Part shown: positions 44,771 to 54,333 of the stretch, piece by piece
How positions within the stretch are numbered: the stretch's first letter is position 1
Layout of the letters: every line of letters begins with the position of its first letter
Source of the DNA: Candidatus Eiseniibacteriota bacterium
Lineage (GTDB): Bacteria; Eisenbacteria; RBG-16-71-46
Direction: 5' to 3'
Assembly (NCBI GenBank): GCA_041483195.1
Contig: JBGPFC010000018.1
Span: 15,140 to 79,139 of the forward strand
DNA: 64,000 bases
The notes under the pieces: model-generated
The model's database searches: none
Told to the model about the DNA's origin: nothing
What the model saw: only the letters and a program-made list of their open reading frames with translations
Translations under genes and position numbers: made by a program

Positions 44771-44786
44771 AGCAAGACATGCGCCA
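44771..44786 (-). promoter_or_regulatory. Sigma-54 (-24/-12) promoter
   Basis: Minus strand TGGCGC-ATGTC-TTGCT versus consensus TGGCAC-N5-TTGCW, in an AT-richer divergent intergenic region. Confidence 0.6.
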
Positions 44787-44896
44787 TAAGTTGCATTGAT
44801 CCGCCATAGAGTTATTTGGGAGTCTGATGGGAGTGAATCGTGAGCGAGTTCGTCGATCACCCACCCTCTGCTCGCATTTTCTGGGAGGAGTTCACC

Positions 44897-45772
44897 GTGA
44901 GAAAGATGCTGATCACCCTACTTCTCGTGGCTTGTCACGCTGGGATCTCCGCGGCCGGGGTTGGGCCCAGCAAGCTGCCAACGGATGACCCTCCGCCTCT
45001 CCTCGCAAACCCAGGCGGCGGTTTTGTCCTCCCCTCGATCACGTCAACTTGGAACGGCGGCCCAACAAGCCTTGCCTACAACAACGGTACGTCGTCCGAG
45101 ACACTGGTAAGTCAGGCGCTGTCCATCGCCGGAGTTCAGCAGGTGATGAGTGCGCTAGCCGCGCGCGGATACATACGCCGCGCCGATGCGGATACGGGAT
45201 TCACGGGTACGGGCCGCTCCACGGTCATCCTCGCGTTTGAGAAACCGGGCGTCCCGCCGGCCGAGCAGCAGCCGTTCGTTTATGTCTCCTCGTTCGCGAT
45301 TTACCGGCAAGACTGGGGCGGGTACATTCCGGTGACGATGGTCATGGGGGGCTCGGCCTCAGACTCCGCGGGCTACCCCGTCTACAGGTCTGATCCGACC
45401 ATGCCGCCAGTCGGGCTCGTGTCCATCGTGAACACGGCTTTCACGGATGGCGTCGCCGGAGTAGAGAACGAGGGCGAGGTGTACGCGTTTGCCTACTCCA
45501 TCCAACCGTGGATGTACGATCCCGGCTCTCCCGTGGGAATTACCTTCGTTCATAACGAGCCTCGTTCCGATGTCGATGAGGCTATTTGGTGGGCCGGATA
45601 CGGTGACGCCGTCACTAAGGGCGCTCTCGTGGGAGGAATCAGTGGTGGTATCTGGGGGGCAGCACGTGGCGGAGCCCCAGGCATACTTCCGGGCGCACTT
45701 TGGGGGGCTTTCTCCGGGGCGAGTACGGCGGCCATGATGTATCAGCTCCGCAACCCGTATCCCGAGAGGTGA
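44897..45772 (+). CDS. Secreted protein with C-terminal glycine-zipper (bacteriocin-like) segment
   Basis: GGAGGAG SD + GTG, signal peptide, GALVGGISGGIWGAARGGAPGILPGALWGAFSGA. Confidence 0.65.
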   Translation: MRKMLITLLLVACHAGISAAGVGPSKLPTDDPPPLLANPGGGFVLPSITSTWNGGPTSLAYNNGTSSETLVSQALSIAGVQQVMSALAARGYIRRADADTGFTGTGRSTVILAFEKPGVPPAEQQPFVYVSSFAIYRQDWGGYIPVTMVMGGSASDSAGYPVYRSDPTMPPVGLVSIVNTAFTDGVAGVENEGEVYAFAYSIQPWMYDPGSPVGITFVHNEPRSDVDEAIWWAGYGDAVTKGALVGGISGGIWGAARGGAPGILPGALWGAFSGASTAAMMYQLRNPYPER

Positions 45773-45776
45773 GATC

Positions 45777-46007
45777 TTGCGCTCCGTGGTGATGTGCATT
45801 GTGATATCGGCGGTCGCCGCAATTGGCTGGTGGTGGATCTCGCAGAGTCCGGTAGTTGCCGGGATTTCATTCGGGGTCGGCGTTTGGTCGTCGGTGACAA
45901 CACCAAGGGAAGAGAGAACCGCGGTGATTCTCGTTGCCTCACCGGTGGTGCCGGGATTCATTGCGGCGATTCTCGAGTCACTGCTGTGGAAGGGTGGACC
46001 GCACTAG
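45777..46007 (+). CDS. Small membrane protein (candidate immunity protein)
   Basis: GAGGTG SD + TTG 4 nt after upstream stop; about 3 hydrophobic segments in 76 aa. Confidence 0.5.
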   Translation: MRSVVMCIVISAVAAIGWWWISQSPVVAGISFGVGVWSSVTTPREERTAVILVASPVVPGFIAAILESLLWKGGPH

Positions 46008-49000
46008 AGCGATGGCGCGCCCCGCTCCCGCGCGAACCACGGCGCGATCTCCCGCCGCGACGCCCGGCGGCTTCGGCACGTTGGTGGTCGCGTGGCTCCG
46101 CTCGATCTGCAGGACCTTGCAGTCGGGGTCCACCACGAGCCGCTCCGGCACGAAGTCGCAGTGAATGGTGATCTCGCGGCTCTGCTTGGGCCCGAGCTCC
46201 ACCATCGTGCGAGCATCATGGTAGGCCTCGCCCTTCTCGCCCTGCTTCGGGAACCGCTCGCCGCGCACCGCCGCGACTTCGACCGGCATGAGGCCGGTGC
46301 CGGCGTTGCGCACCTTCGCGCGCACCTCCCACCCGTCGCCCGCGACCGCGAGCGTCGCGTCGCGCAGCCGGTACTCCGGCACCAGCACGCTGTCGAACCA
46401 CTGCTTCACGAACGCGTCGAACGCGACCGGATCGGGCGCGTGTCGCCGCAGCGTGCCGAGCATCTCGACCACGACCGGGTGGTCGGCGCTGTCGCCCCAG
46501 GCGTGGACGAACTCCTTGAGTCCCGCCAGCATCGCGTCGCGACCCATCACCTGCATGAGCATCCACATCGACCATCCGCCCTTGTCGTAGAACACGGTCT
46601 CGTCGCCCATGCGCGAACCATCCACGCGCGTGAGCGGCCGCTCGGCGTCGGCCCGGCGGCGATGCGTGTAGCGCTTCTCGATCTCGCGGCAGAACGCCAT
46701 GCGCTGCTCCTCGCCCTTCACCTGCTCGGTGAGCAGGATGGTCGAGAAATGCGCCATGCCTTCCGAGAGGAAGTTGTTGCCCGGGCCGCGCGCGGGGGTG
46801 AGCAGGTTGCCCCACCACTGGTGCGCGGCCTCGTGCGCGGTCACCCAGAACGCGGCGTTGGCCTTGGGCTCGCTCTTCGTGAGAAACCCGATCCCCTCGG
46901 AGAAGCTGATGTTCATGGACGGCCCCTGCGCGTATCCCGCGAGGGCGGGGAACTCGCTCAGCCGCAGCTCGCGCCACGGGTAGGGCGCGAACCATTCCGA
47001 GTAGTAGCGCCGCGCGCCGGCGAGCGCCTCGAGCATCTCGTCAACGTTGTAGGTGTGCGCCGCGTGGTAGTAGATCGAGACCCCGTCGCCGTGCTTCTCG
47101 GCCCAGTGTCCGGCCACCAGGTTGTAGATGCGGACCGGCTGATCGGTCTGCCATTGCGTGATGCGGCGGCCAGCCACGACGCTGTCGCTCACCATGTTGC
47201 CGGTGGCGTTGTACTGAAGACCCGCGGGGCCGGTGACGCGCATGCGGCAATCGAAGCGCTGATCAGCGAGCGGGATGAACGGGGGCGTGATGCCGGCGTA
47301 GTAGTCGGCGGGCGGGTCGCGCGGCTCCGCGCGGTTCTTGTCGTCCACGCCGATCTCGTCGATGTAGCCCAGCTGCGGCGCGAAGCCCGACGCCGAGAAC
47401 CCGGTGAGCACCACGGCGGAGGGCAGAATGAACTCCATCGCGCCGCCGCCGTTGCGCGTGATCCCCTTCGGGCAGATGCCCTCGTAGCGGAAGCCGAGGC
47501 TCGCGCGTTCGCCGGGCGCGAGCGGGTGCTGCGGCGTGAACACGTAGAGCTTCGCGCGGTCGTCGGGCTTGACCGGCTCCCCGTTCCACGTCCACGCCAC
47601 GTTCTTCCAGTAGATCCCGCCCGTCACGGGAAAGCGGTCGAGCGGCTTGCCGGTGCGGTTCACCAGGTCGTAGCGCCCGCGCATGGTGAACGCGCTGTGC
47701 TCCGTGTCGAGATCGACGTCCAGATCGACCGCGCTCACGCCCGGCAGCGGCGCCTCGTTCCAGGTGGCCGCGTTCTTCTTCCAGTAGTCGGTGTTGAGCT
47801 TCTTCGCGGCCGCGCCCTCGCGGCCTTCGTGCACCTGGAGGTAGAGCGCGACACCCGCGGCAATCGGCAGCACCGCGACCGCGAGCGGAATCACCGACGC
47901 GCGCAGCAGCGCGCCCGGCCGCAGGCGATGCACGGTGCGGGTGGCGTCGGCCTCGCGGCGCGCGAATAGGCGCACGGTGATCACGATGAAGAGCGCGGTG
48001 AGACCGAGCGCCATGAGGCGATTCAGCACCAGTGCGCCGCGGTCGAGCTCGAGCCGGCTCATATCGCTCCAGCGCACCGCGCTCCACAGATCCCAGTTGC
48101 CGACCCAGTTCATCTTGCCGCGCAGCTGGAGGAACCCGCTCGCGATCATCGCGCCGAGCCCCAGCGCGTAGGTCACGTAGCGGCTGCCGGTGATCGCGTA
48201 CACCGCGCTCACGAACGACGTCCACAGCAGGAAGGTCGGCACCAGCAACAGGCCCCACAGCAGCGCGAACGGCACGGGATCGAAGCCCACCTTGCCCTGC
48301 ACCCCGAGCACGATCAGGTCGCCGAGCAGCGTGACGATCAGCACCACCACGCCGACCAGCGAGTTCGCGAGCGCCTTGCCGAACAGCAGGGATGCGGTGC
48401 GCAGCGGCGTCGCGTAGTGGATCGATGCGAGGCCGGTGCTGCGCTCGCGCTGCAGGGACTCCACCGTGTAGAACAACAGCAGCATGCACACCAGCAGCGT
48501 GAGCGTGTTCATCGCCGCCGCGGCGAGCAGCCCCGGCGTCTGGAGCAGCACGGTATCGAACGCGCCGACCTGCACGGTCCCGCCCAGCGTCTGGATGAGG
48601 ATCATCGGCACGAACAGGTAGAGCCCGGGATGGCTGCGCAGCTCCATCAGCTCGACGCGCGCGATCTCGAAAGCGCCGCGCAGGAAGCCGGACGCGCCGC
48701 CGCGCATCTCGAGCGCGGCGAGCGCCGCGGGCTGCACGGCATCGAGCGACCCGGCATCCGCCGCCGGCGCGGCCGCCGCGCGCCGCGCCGGCTTCGCGCC
48801 CCGCGCCCCGCGCACGCTCGCCGCGAAGCGCGCCTGGGTCCACGCCATCGCGCCGAGCCCTCCCGCCACGCACAGCGCGCGGTTCAGGAAGAACGTGAGG
48901 TCGAGGCCGACCGGCGCGTGATTGTAGAACTCGACGCCGCGGTCCACGTTGAGCCAGGTCTCCTTGAGCCAGCGAATCGCCCCGGGGTCCGCGATCATGA

Positions 49001-49658
49001 GGAGGTTGTTGATCGCGGGGCTGAGCCACACCGGCGACCACTCCCACAGGAACAACGCCCCGAAGAACACGGCGGCGACCGGCACCAGGAACACGAGGAT
49101 CGGGCGGCGCGTGAGCGCGCCGAGCGCGAAGCTCGTGCCCGAGATGAAGATCAGGAGCGGCAGTACGAACAGCAACACCGGCCGGAGGTAGTTAATCAGG
49201 CGAAACGGCCCGATCACCTCGACGTTCTCGCCGTGCGGGAACACGTGATTGAACACGATCATCATCAGCAGGTGAACGCCCAGCACGCCCATGAAGCTCG
49301 CGAACACCGCGAGGTACTTGCCCCACACGTATTCTGCCGGGGTCAGCGGCGTGGCGTGAATCACCTCGCCCACCTTGAGGTCGTGGTCGTGAATCACGCT
49401 CATGCCGGCGGCCACCGCCATGAAGAGTCCGTAGACGAGCGTGACCATCATCGCCAGGAGCTGCGAGATCGCGTACTCGGAGGTGATCCACGCCTTGCCA
49501 CCGCCGACCGTCGCGTTGCCGGAGCCGATCGAGGCGTGGCCGTTCGACATCTCGAGCGTCAGGAAACCGAGGATGAGGATCAGGAACCAGAACAGCGGCC
49601 GGCGCAGGTTGTGCGAGAACTCGAGGCGGAAGACTTCGTAGAGCCGCCGCGGGTTCAC
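45978..49658 (-). CDS. ABC-2 permease / M1 aminopeptidase fusion
   Basis: Two permease blocks, then AHEAAHQWWG...LSEGMAHF zinc motif and YDKGG. Confidence 0.9.
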   Translation of the reverse strand: MNPRRLYEVFRLEFSHNLRRPLFWFLILILGFLTLEMSNGHASIGSGNATVGGGKAWITSEYAISQLLAMMVTLVYGLFMAVAAGMSVIHDHDLKVGEVIHATPLTPAEYVWGKYLAVFASFMGVLGVHLLMMIVFNHVFPHGENVEVIGPFRLINYLRPVLLFVLPLLIFISGTSFALGALTRRPILVFLVPVAAVFFGALFLWEWSPVWLSPAINNLLMIADPGAIRWLKETWLNVDRGVEFYNHAPVGLDLTFFLNRALCVAGGLGAMAWTQARFAASVRGARGAKPARRAAAAPAADAGSLDAVQPAALAALEMRGGASGFLRGAFEIARVELMELRSHPGLYLFVPMILIQTLGGTVQVGAFDTVLLQTPGLLAAAAMNTLTLLVCMLLLFYTVESLQRERSTGLASIHYATPLRTASLLFGKALANSLVGVVVLIVTLLGDLIVLGVQGKVGFDPVPFALLWGLLLVPTFLLWTSFVSAVYAITGSRYVTYALGLGAMIASGFLQLRGKMNWVGNWDLWSAVRWSDMSRLELDRGALVLNRLMALGLTALFIVITVRLFARREADATRTVHRLRPGALLRASVIPLAVAVLPIAAGVALYLQVHEGREGAAAKKLNTDYWKKNAATWNEAPLPGVSAVDLDVDLDTEHSAFTMRGRYDLVNRTGKPLDRFPVTGGIYWKNVAWTWNGEPVKPDDRAKLYVFTPQHPLAPGERASLGFRYEGICPKGITRNGGGAMEFILPSAVVLTGFSASGFAPQLGYIDEIGVDDKNRAEPRDPPADYYAGITPPFIPLADQRFDCRMRVTGPAGLQYNATGNMVSDSVVAGRRITQWQTDQPVRIYNLVAGHWAEKHGDGVSIYYHAAHTYNVDEMLEALAGARRYYSEWFAPYPWRELRLSEFPALAGYAQGPSMNISFSEGIGFLTKSEPKANAAFWVTAHEAAHQWWGNLLTPARGPGNNFLSEGMAHFSTILLTEQVKGEEQRMAFCREIEKRYTHRRRADAERPLTRVDGSRMGDETVFYDKGGWSMWMLMQVMGRDAMLAGLKEFVHAWGDSADHPVVVEMLGTLRRHAPDPVAFDAFVKQWFDSVLVPEYRLRDATLAVAGDGWEVRAKVRNAGTGLMPVEVAAVRGERFPKQGEKGEAYHDARTMVELGPKQSREITIHCDFVPERLVVDPDCKVLQIERSHATTNVPKPPGVAAGDRAVVRAGAGRAIALVRSTLPQQ

Positions 49659-50620
49659 GTGATCGCTCCCGCGTGCGGCGCGGCGGGCGCGGCGTGGGGC
49701 GCGGACGCGGGCGCGGGTCCGGCGCCATTGCCCGCAACGCCGTTCGCGCCCGCGCTCCCGCGCATCATCACCAGGTAGGCGTCTTCGAGGGTGGGCGCCA
49801 CGGGCTCGAAGCCCGGAGGCGCCGCCCCGCCCGGCTCGAACACGCGCACGCGATGCCGCCCCTCGACCAGGATCGCCTGCGTCACGTTGCGCGCGCGACG
49901 CAGCTCCGGCAGCTCCGCGGGCGGCACCGTGCCCTCGAAGATCGCGCCCGCGATCGCCGCGCGCGCCTCGCGCGGGGTGGTGCGCGCGATCAATCGCCCG
50001 CCGCGGATCACCGCGAACTGCGGGCAGAGCACCGCGACGTCCTCGACGATGTGGGTCGAGAGCACGACGATGCGATCCTCCGCCAGCTCGGCGAGCAGAT
50101 GGTAGAAGCGCAGGCGCTCCTCGGGATCGAGCCCCGCGGTGGGCTCGTCAGCGATCACGAGCCGCGGATTGCCCGCGATCGCCTGCGCGATCCCGAGACG
50201 CTGGCGCATGCCGCCTGACCACGCCTTGAGCTTGCGCTTCGCGGCGAATCCGAGATTGACGCGCTCGAGCAGCTCGCGTGCGAGCGGCTTGAGCCCGCCG
50301 GGCGCATCGACGCCCTTCAGGCGCAGCAGGTGGAGCAGCATCTCCTCGCCGTTCAGGTGCGGATAGAACCCGAACTCCTGAGGGAGGTAGCCGAGCTGCG
50401 CTCGCACGCGCTCCGGGTGGGCGAGGATGTCGGCGCCATCGAGGGTAACGCTGCCCGATGTGGCCTCGAGCAGCCCCGCGAGGATGCGCATGAAGGTGGA
50501 CTTGCCGGCCCCGTTCGGGCCGAGCAGCCCGAACATTCCGGGCGGAATGTCGAGGTCGATCCCCTGCAGCGCGGCGACCGGACCGGGATAGATCTTCACC
50601 AGACTGCGAATCGCGAGCAT
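49655..50620 (-). CDS. ABC exporter ATP-binding protein
   Basis: GPNGAGKST, SGGMRQR, DEPTAGLDPEER, LSTHIVED. Confidence 0.93.
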   Translation of the reverse strand: MLAIRSLVKIYPGPVAALQGIDLDIPPGMFGLLGPNGAGKSTFMRILAGLLEATSGSVTLDGADILAHPERVRAQLGYLPQEFGFYPHLNGEEMLLHLLRLKGVDAPGGLKPLARELLERVNLGFAAKRKLKAWSGGMRQRLGIAQAIAGNPRLVIADEPTAGLDPEERLRFYHLLAELAEDRIVVLSTHIVEDVAVLCPQFAVIRGGRLIARTTPREARAAIAGAIFEGTVPPAELPELRRARNVTQAILVEGRHRVRVFEPGGAAPPGFEPVAPTLEDAYLVMMRGSAGANGVAGNGAGPAPASAPHAAPAAPHAGAIT

Positions 50621-50788
50621 GGCAAGGCCTCCAGGGGATGCGAGTTCAGGGCACGGGCGGTCTACGGTTACCGCACGGGGAAGGTTGCCGGGGAGCGGCG
50701 CCGGCGGGGCGACGCGCCACGGCGGCGGAGGGCCTGATGTAAGCTGGCCTTCCTCGCGCGGTCAAACGCCGGGCGCGGGGCCCAACCC

Positions 50789-51547
50789 ATGATCGATCCC
50801 ACCCAGCGCTTCTCGAATCGCGTCGAGCACTACGTGCGATCGCGCCCGCCCTACCCGCCGGAGCTGCTCACGCTGCTCGAGCGGGAGTGCGGGCTCACGC
50901 GCGATTCCGCGATCGCCGACATCGGGAGCGGCACCGGCATCCTGTCGCGCTTGTTCCTCGCGCACGGCTGCCGCGTGATCGGCGTCGAGCCCAACCGCGA
51001 GATGCGCGAGGCGGCCGAGCGCCTGCTCGCGGACGAGCCGCGCTTCGAGAGCCGCAACGGGACCGCAGAGCGCACCGGGCTCGCGGACGCGAGCGTGGAC
51101 TTCGTCACCGCCGGACAATCGTTCCACTGGTTCGACACCGCGCGAGCGCGAGTCGAGTTCGCGCGCGTGCTCAGGCCCGGTGGCTGGATCGTGGTGGCAT
51201 GGAACACGCGCGTGCATGATGCGAACGAGTTCACGCGCGGCTACGAGGCGCTGGTCGCCGAGTTCCGCACCGACGAGGAGACCATCCGGCACGAGCAGCA
51301 GAACCCCGACACGCTGGGCGCCGCGCTCGGACTCGGCAGCGTCCAGTCCCGCGAGCTCCGCCAATCGCGAGACCTCGATCGCGACGGCACGCTCGGCCTG
51401 CTGCTCTCGACGTCGTACCTGCCCGCCGCCGGCCAGCCCGGTCACGAGCAGATGCTCGCGGCGGCGGATCGGCTGTTCCGCAAGCACGCGCGGGCGGGCG
51501 TGGTGACGATGATCTACAGGTGCGAGGTCTACTTCGGGAGAGTGTAG
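50789..51547 (+). CDS. Class I SAM-dependent methyltransferase
   Basis: RFSNRVEHYVRSRPPYP, ADIGSGTG, GQSFHWFD, RVLRPGG. Confidence 0.9.
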   Translation: MIDPTQRFSNRVEHYVRSRPPYPPELLTLLERECGLTRDSAIADIGSGTGILSRLFLAHGCRVIGVEPNREMREAAERLLADEPRFESRNGTAERTGLADASVDFVTAGQSFHWFDTARARVEFARVLRPGGWIVVAWNTRVHDANEFTRGYEALVAEFRTDEETIRHEQQNPDTLGAALGLGSVQSRELRQSRDLDRDGTLGLLLSTSYLPAAGQPGHEQMLAAADRLFRKHARAGVVTMIYRCEVYFGRV

Positions 51548-51565
51548 GGCGCGCTCCCCCCGCGC

Positions 51566-52480
51566 TCAGCGATAGATGGTTTTTAGCCGGCCCCAGCTCA
51601 TCGAGCGCGCCGGCGTGATGATCGCAGGACACACGACGAAGTACTGGTTGCCCGCGATGGCCGCGAAGCTCACGCCGCTCGGCGGGCCCAGGCTGCACGT
51701 TCCGGGGGGCAGCGGGCCGAGCGACTGATTCGAGACGTACGCGTGCCCTCCGCCGTTCACGAACGCGCACACCTTCACGCAGCCGGCCGGATTGCCGATC
51801 GTGGCGAGCGGGATGGCGAGTTCGACGCCGGTGGTCACGCCGGCGCCGGACGACACGCCGCAGCCCGCCGTGACGCCCGCCACGTTGCGATTGTCGATCG
51901 TCGCGAGGATGCCGTTGGGATTGGTGCCGCCCGAGAGCGTCCCGGGGCCGCCCGGCGTGGCGGTGCCGAGGTAGTAGCCGGCGCCGCCGCCCGCGGTGGG
52001 CAGCTCGGCGTAGTTGGCGCGGAGCGGAAGGCTGCGGGTCGCGGCGCCGCAACCCAGCCAGTAATCGGCTTCGAAGTCCGAGTCGAAGCTCAGCCCGGCC
52101 ATGTTGTTCAGGTTGGTCTCGGAATCGATATTGGGATTGTTCGCGCGCAGCAGATTCTGGCCGCCGGGCTTCGAGTCGAAGAACACCTCGAGGTTGGTAT
52201 AGACGTTGTCGATCTCAACGGTGCGGTGGAAGGTCAGGTTGCCCGAGAGGAACACATGGAGCACGCCGTCCGCGATGAACGCGTACGCCGCGTCCAGCTC
52301 CGACCCGCCCGACTGATCCACGAAGGAGTCGATGTTGTCGCCGAACTGGGTCTGGGTGGTTTGGGTGCTGAGCGCGACGCCGTACTGCGGGTCGAGCGTG
52401 CCGTCGATCGTCTGGGCGAGGGCGAGCGTGGCGAACGCGGTCGCGGAGATGACGACAGCCGACACGATCAACGAGCGCAT
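51566..52480 (-). CDS. Secreted protein with C-terminal SWGRLKTIYR tail
   Basis: GGAGG SD, signal peptide ending ALA, IDGTLD...GSELDAAY...GVELAIPL beta domain, terminal motif. Confidence 0.8.
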   Translation of the reverse strand: MRSLIVSAVVISATAFATLALAQTIDGTLDPQYGVALSTQTTQTQFGDNIDSFVDQSGGSELDAAYAFIADGVLHVFLSGNLTFHRTVEIDNVYTNLEVFFDSKPGGQNLLRANNPNIDSETNLNNMAGLSFDSDFEADYWLGCGAATRSLPLRANYAELPTAGGGAGYYLGTATPGGPGTLSGGTNPNGILATIDNRNVAGVTAGCGVSSGAGVTTGVELAIPLATIGNPAGCVKVCAFVNGGGHAYVSNQSLGPLPPGTCSLGPPSGVSFAAIAGNQYFVVCPAIITPARSMSWGRLKTIYR

Positions 52481-52579
52481 TGCGTTCCTCCCATTCGAGC
52501 GAATTCCATCATTCCACCGTGGCGGAGCACGCGCTCCGCCAAGTCCGGGCAGGTGATCTAGGGCACGCCCGCCCCCGGC

Positions 52580-52846
52580 TCAAGGCCTGGCGACGAGCCC
52601 CCCGCCCCCCCGGAGGGCGGCGTGGAGAACGTCGGGGTCCAGATCGGCGCCGTTCGGCCACACGATCGTGCCCAGCTCCGGATCGACGCGCACCGCGGCG
52701 AAGTACTCTGGCGCCTTGATCGGCTCGAATACCCCTTCGAATCTAATCAGGCGCTCGAGATCGACATCGCCTTCGACTCCATCCGCGAATCGCAGGTGAA
52801 GCGTGTACGGCGCTCGCGGCTCGACGTGAACGACATCAACGAGCAT
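52580..52846 (-). CDS. DUF2442 family protein (putative antitoxin)
   Basis: LHLRFADGVEG.VDL...GTIVWPNGADLDPDVL. Confidence 0.88.
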   Translation of the reverse strand: MLVDVVHVEPRAPYTLHLRFADGVEGDVDLERLIRFEGVFEPIKAPEYFAAVRVDPELGTIVWPNGADLDPDVLHAALRGGGGLVARP

Positions 52847-52849
52847 GCG

Positions 52850-53110
52850 TCACTCCAGTGGCGCGATCTTCCGCAGGGGCGCCTGCCGGCGCGCCAGATC
52901 CCAATCCTCTCGCAACTCCACCTGGTGGACTGAGGCCCATTCCATTACCAGCCCGAGCGCGCGCGGTGGCAATTGCCCTCCGAGAATGCTGAGTTCTTCG
53001 ATCGCGATGATCGCCTGAGCAGCGCCGTAACGGGCGTGGAAGTGAGGAGGCAGATGGTCACCGTAGAAGATGGCGATGACAATTCCAAAGAATCTGCTGA
53101 TCTCGGGCAT
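52850..53110 (-). CDS. DUF4160 family protein (putative toxin)
   Basis: MPEISRFFGIVIAIFYGDHLPPHFHARYG...LVMEWA. Confidence 0.9.
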   Translation of the reverse strand: MPEISRFFGIVIAIFYGDHLPPHFHARYGAAQAIIAIEELSILGGQLPPRALGLVMEWASVHQVELREDWDLARRQAPLRKIAPLE

Positions 53111-53237
53111 GCGCCCCTCCGGCATGAAGTGCCTTCGGGAGCACTCGATCCTTCGCGCGGGCCTTACCGCCACGGCCCGGCTCACCGGAAATTCTACTCC
53201 TTCTTCCGGGCTCGGGGGAGAAGCCGATCCCGCCCTT

Positions 53238-54329
53238 TCAGTGCAGCCGCTTCCTCCGATTCCTCACGAAGTCGCGGAACACGTACGCCCCGAGATTGTT
53301 CGGATCGGTCTCGTAGATGCGGCCGTGATTCAGCGCGGTGAGCTTGCGCACGAACTCGAGCAGCGGCAGGTCGGTGGCGAGCATGAAGGTGGTGATCGTG
53401 ATCCGCTTCTTTCGGCAGTAGGACGCCTCCTCCAGCGTCTTGTTCACGATGCGCGGATCGAGCCCGAACGGGTTCTTGTAGATTCTCCCCTGCTCGCGGA
53501 TCGCCGACGGCTTGCCGTCCGTGATCATGAAGATCTGCTTGTTCACGCCCTTGCGTGATTCGAGGATGCGCCGCGCCAGCTGAAGCCCGGCCCGGGTGTT
53601 GGTGTGGAACGGGCCGGCCTGGATCTTCAGCAGGTCCTTGAGCTTTACCTGCGCCGCGTCGTCGCCGAACAGCACGACGTCGAGCGAGTCCTTGGGATAG
53701 CGGGTCTGAATGAGCTGCGCGAGCGCCAGCGCGATCTTCTTGGCGGGCGTGATGCGGTCCTCGCCGTAGAGGATCATGCTGTGGCTCACGTCGACCATCA
53801 GCACCGTGGCGCAGCTCGAGAGATGCTCGGTCTCGAACACCGAGAGATCCTCCTCGGCGAGCGAGAGATCGTCGATGCCGCCGCGCTTGACCGCGTTGCT
53901 CACCGAGCCGAGCGGATCGAGATCGGAGAGGTTGTCGCCGAACTGGTACGCGCGGGTCTCGCTCAGCCGCTCGCCGCCCTTGCCCGCGACCGGCGTGCGG
54001 TGGTCCCCGGCGCCGCCCGCCTGCAGCGTGCTGAAGATCTCGTCGAGCGAGTCCTGGCGGATACGACGCTCACCCTTGGGCGTCAGGTTGAAGCCCTGCG
54101 GCGTGCGCTCGGCCTCGCCCGTCTCTTCCAGCAGCTTCTTGAAGTCGGCGATGCCGAACTTGTCGTTGAAGAAGCCGTACTCCTCGCCGAAGTGCTCCAT
54201 CCACCTCAGCGCTTCATCGACGTCGCCCCCGGTCTGGAGCAGCAGGTTGCGGTAGATCTCCATGAGCTGCTTCTGAAACTGGAGATCCTCGGGCCGCGGG
54301 CCCTTCCATTTGGAATAGTCGAAGAGCAC
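53238..54329 (-). CDS. VWA domain protein
   Basis: MIDAS DVSHSM, TNTRAGL, MITDGKPS. Confidence 0.88.
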   Translation of the reverse strand: MLFDYSKWKGPRPEDLQFQKQLMEIYRNLLLQTGGDVDEALRWMEHFGEEYGFFNDKFGIADFKKLLEETGEAERTPQGFNLTPKGERRIRQDSLDEIFSTLQAGGAGDHRTPVAGKGGERLSETRAYQFGDNLSDLDPLGSVSNAVKRGGIDDLSLAEEDLSVFETEHLSSCATVLMVDVSHSMILYGEDRITPAKKIALALAQLIQTRYPKDSLDVVLFGDDAAQVKLKDLLKIQAGPFHTNTRAGLQLARRILESRKGVNKQIFMITDGKPSAIREQGRIYKNPFGLDPRIVNKTLEEASYCRKKRITITTFMLATDLPLLEFVRKLTALNHGRIYETDPNNLGAYVFRDFVRNRRKRLH

Positions 54330-54333
54330 GGCG

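Noticed and set aside
44787..44802. Possible IHF site next to the sigma-54 promoter
   Set aside because: Spacing does not fit WATCAA-N4-TTR.
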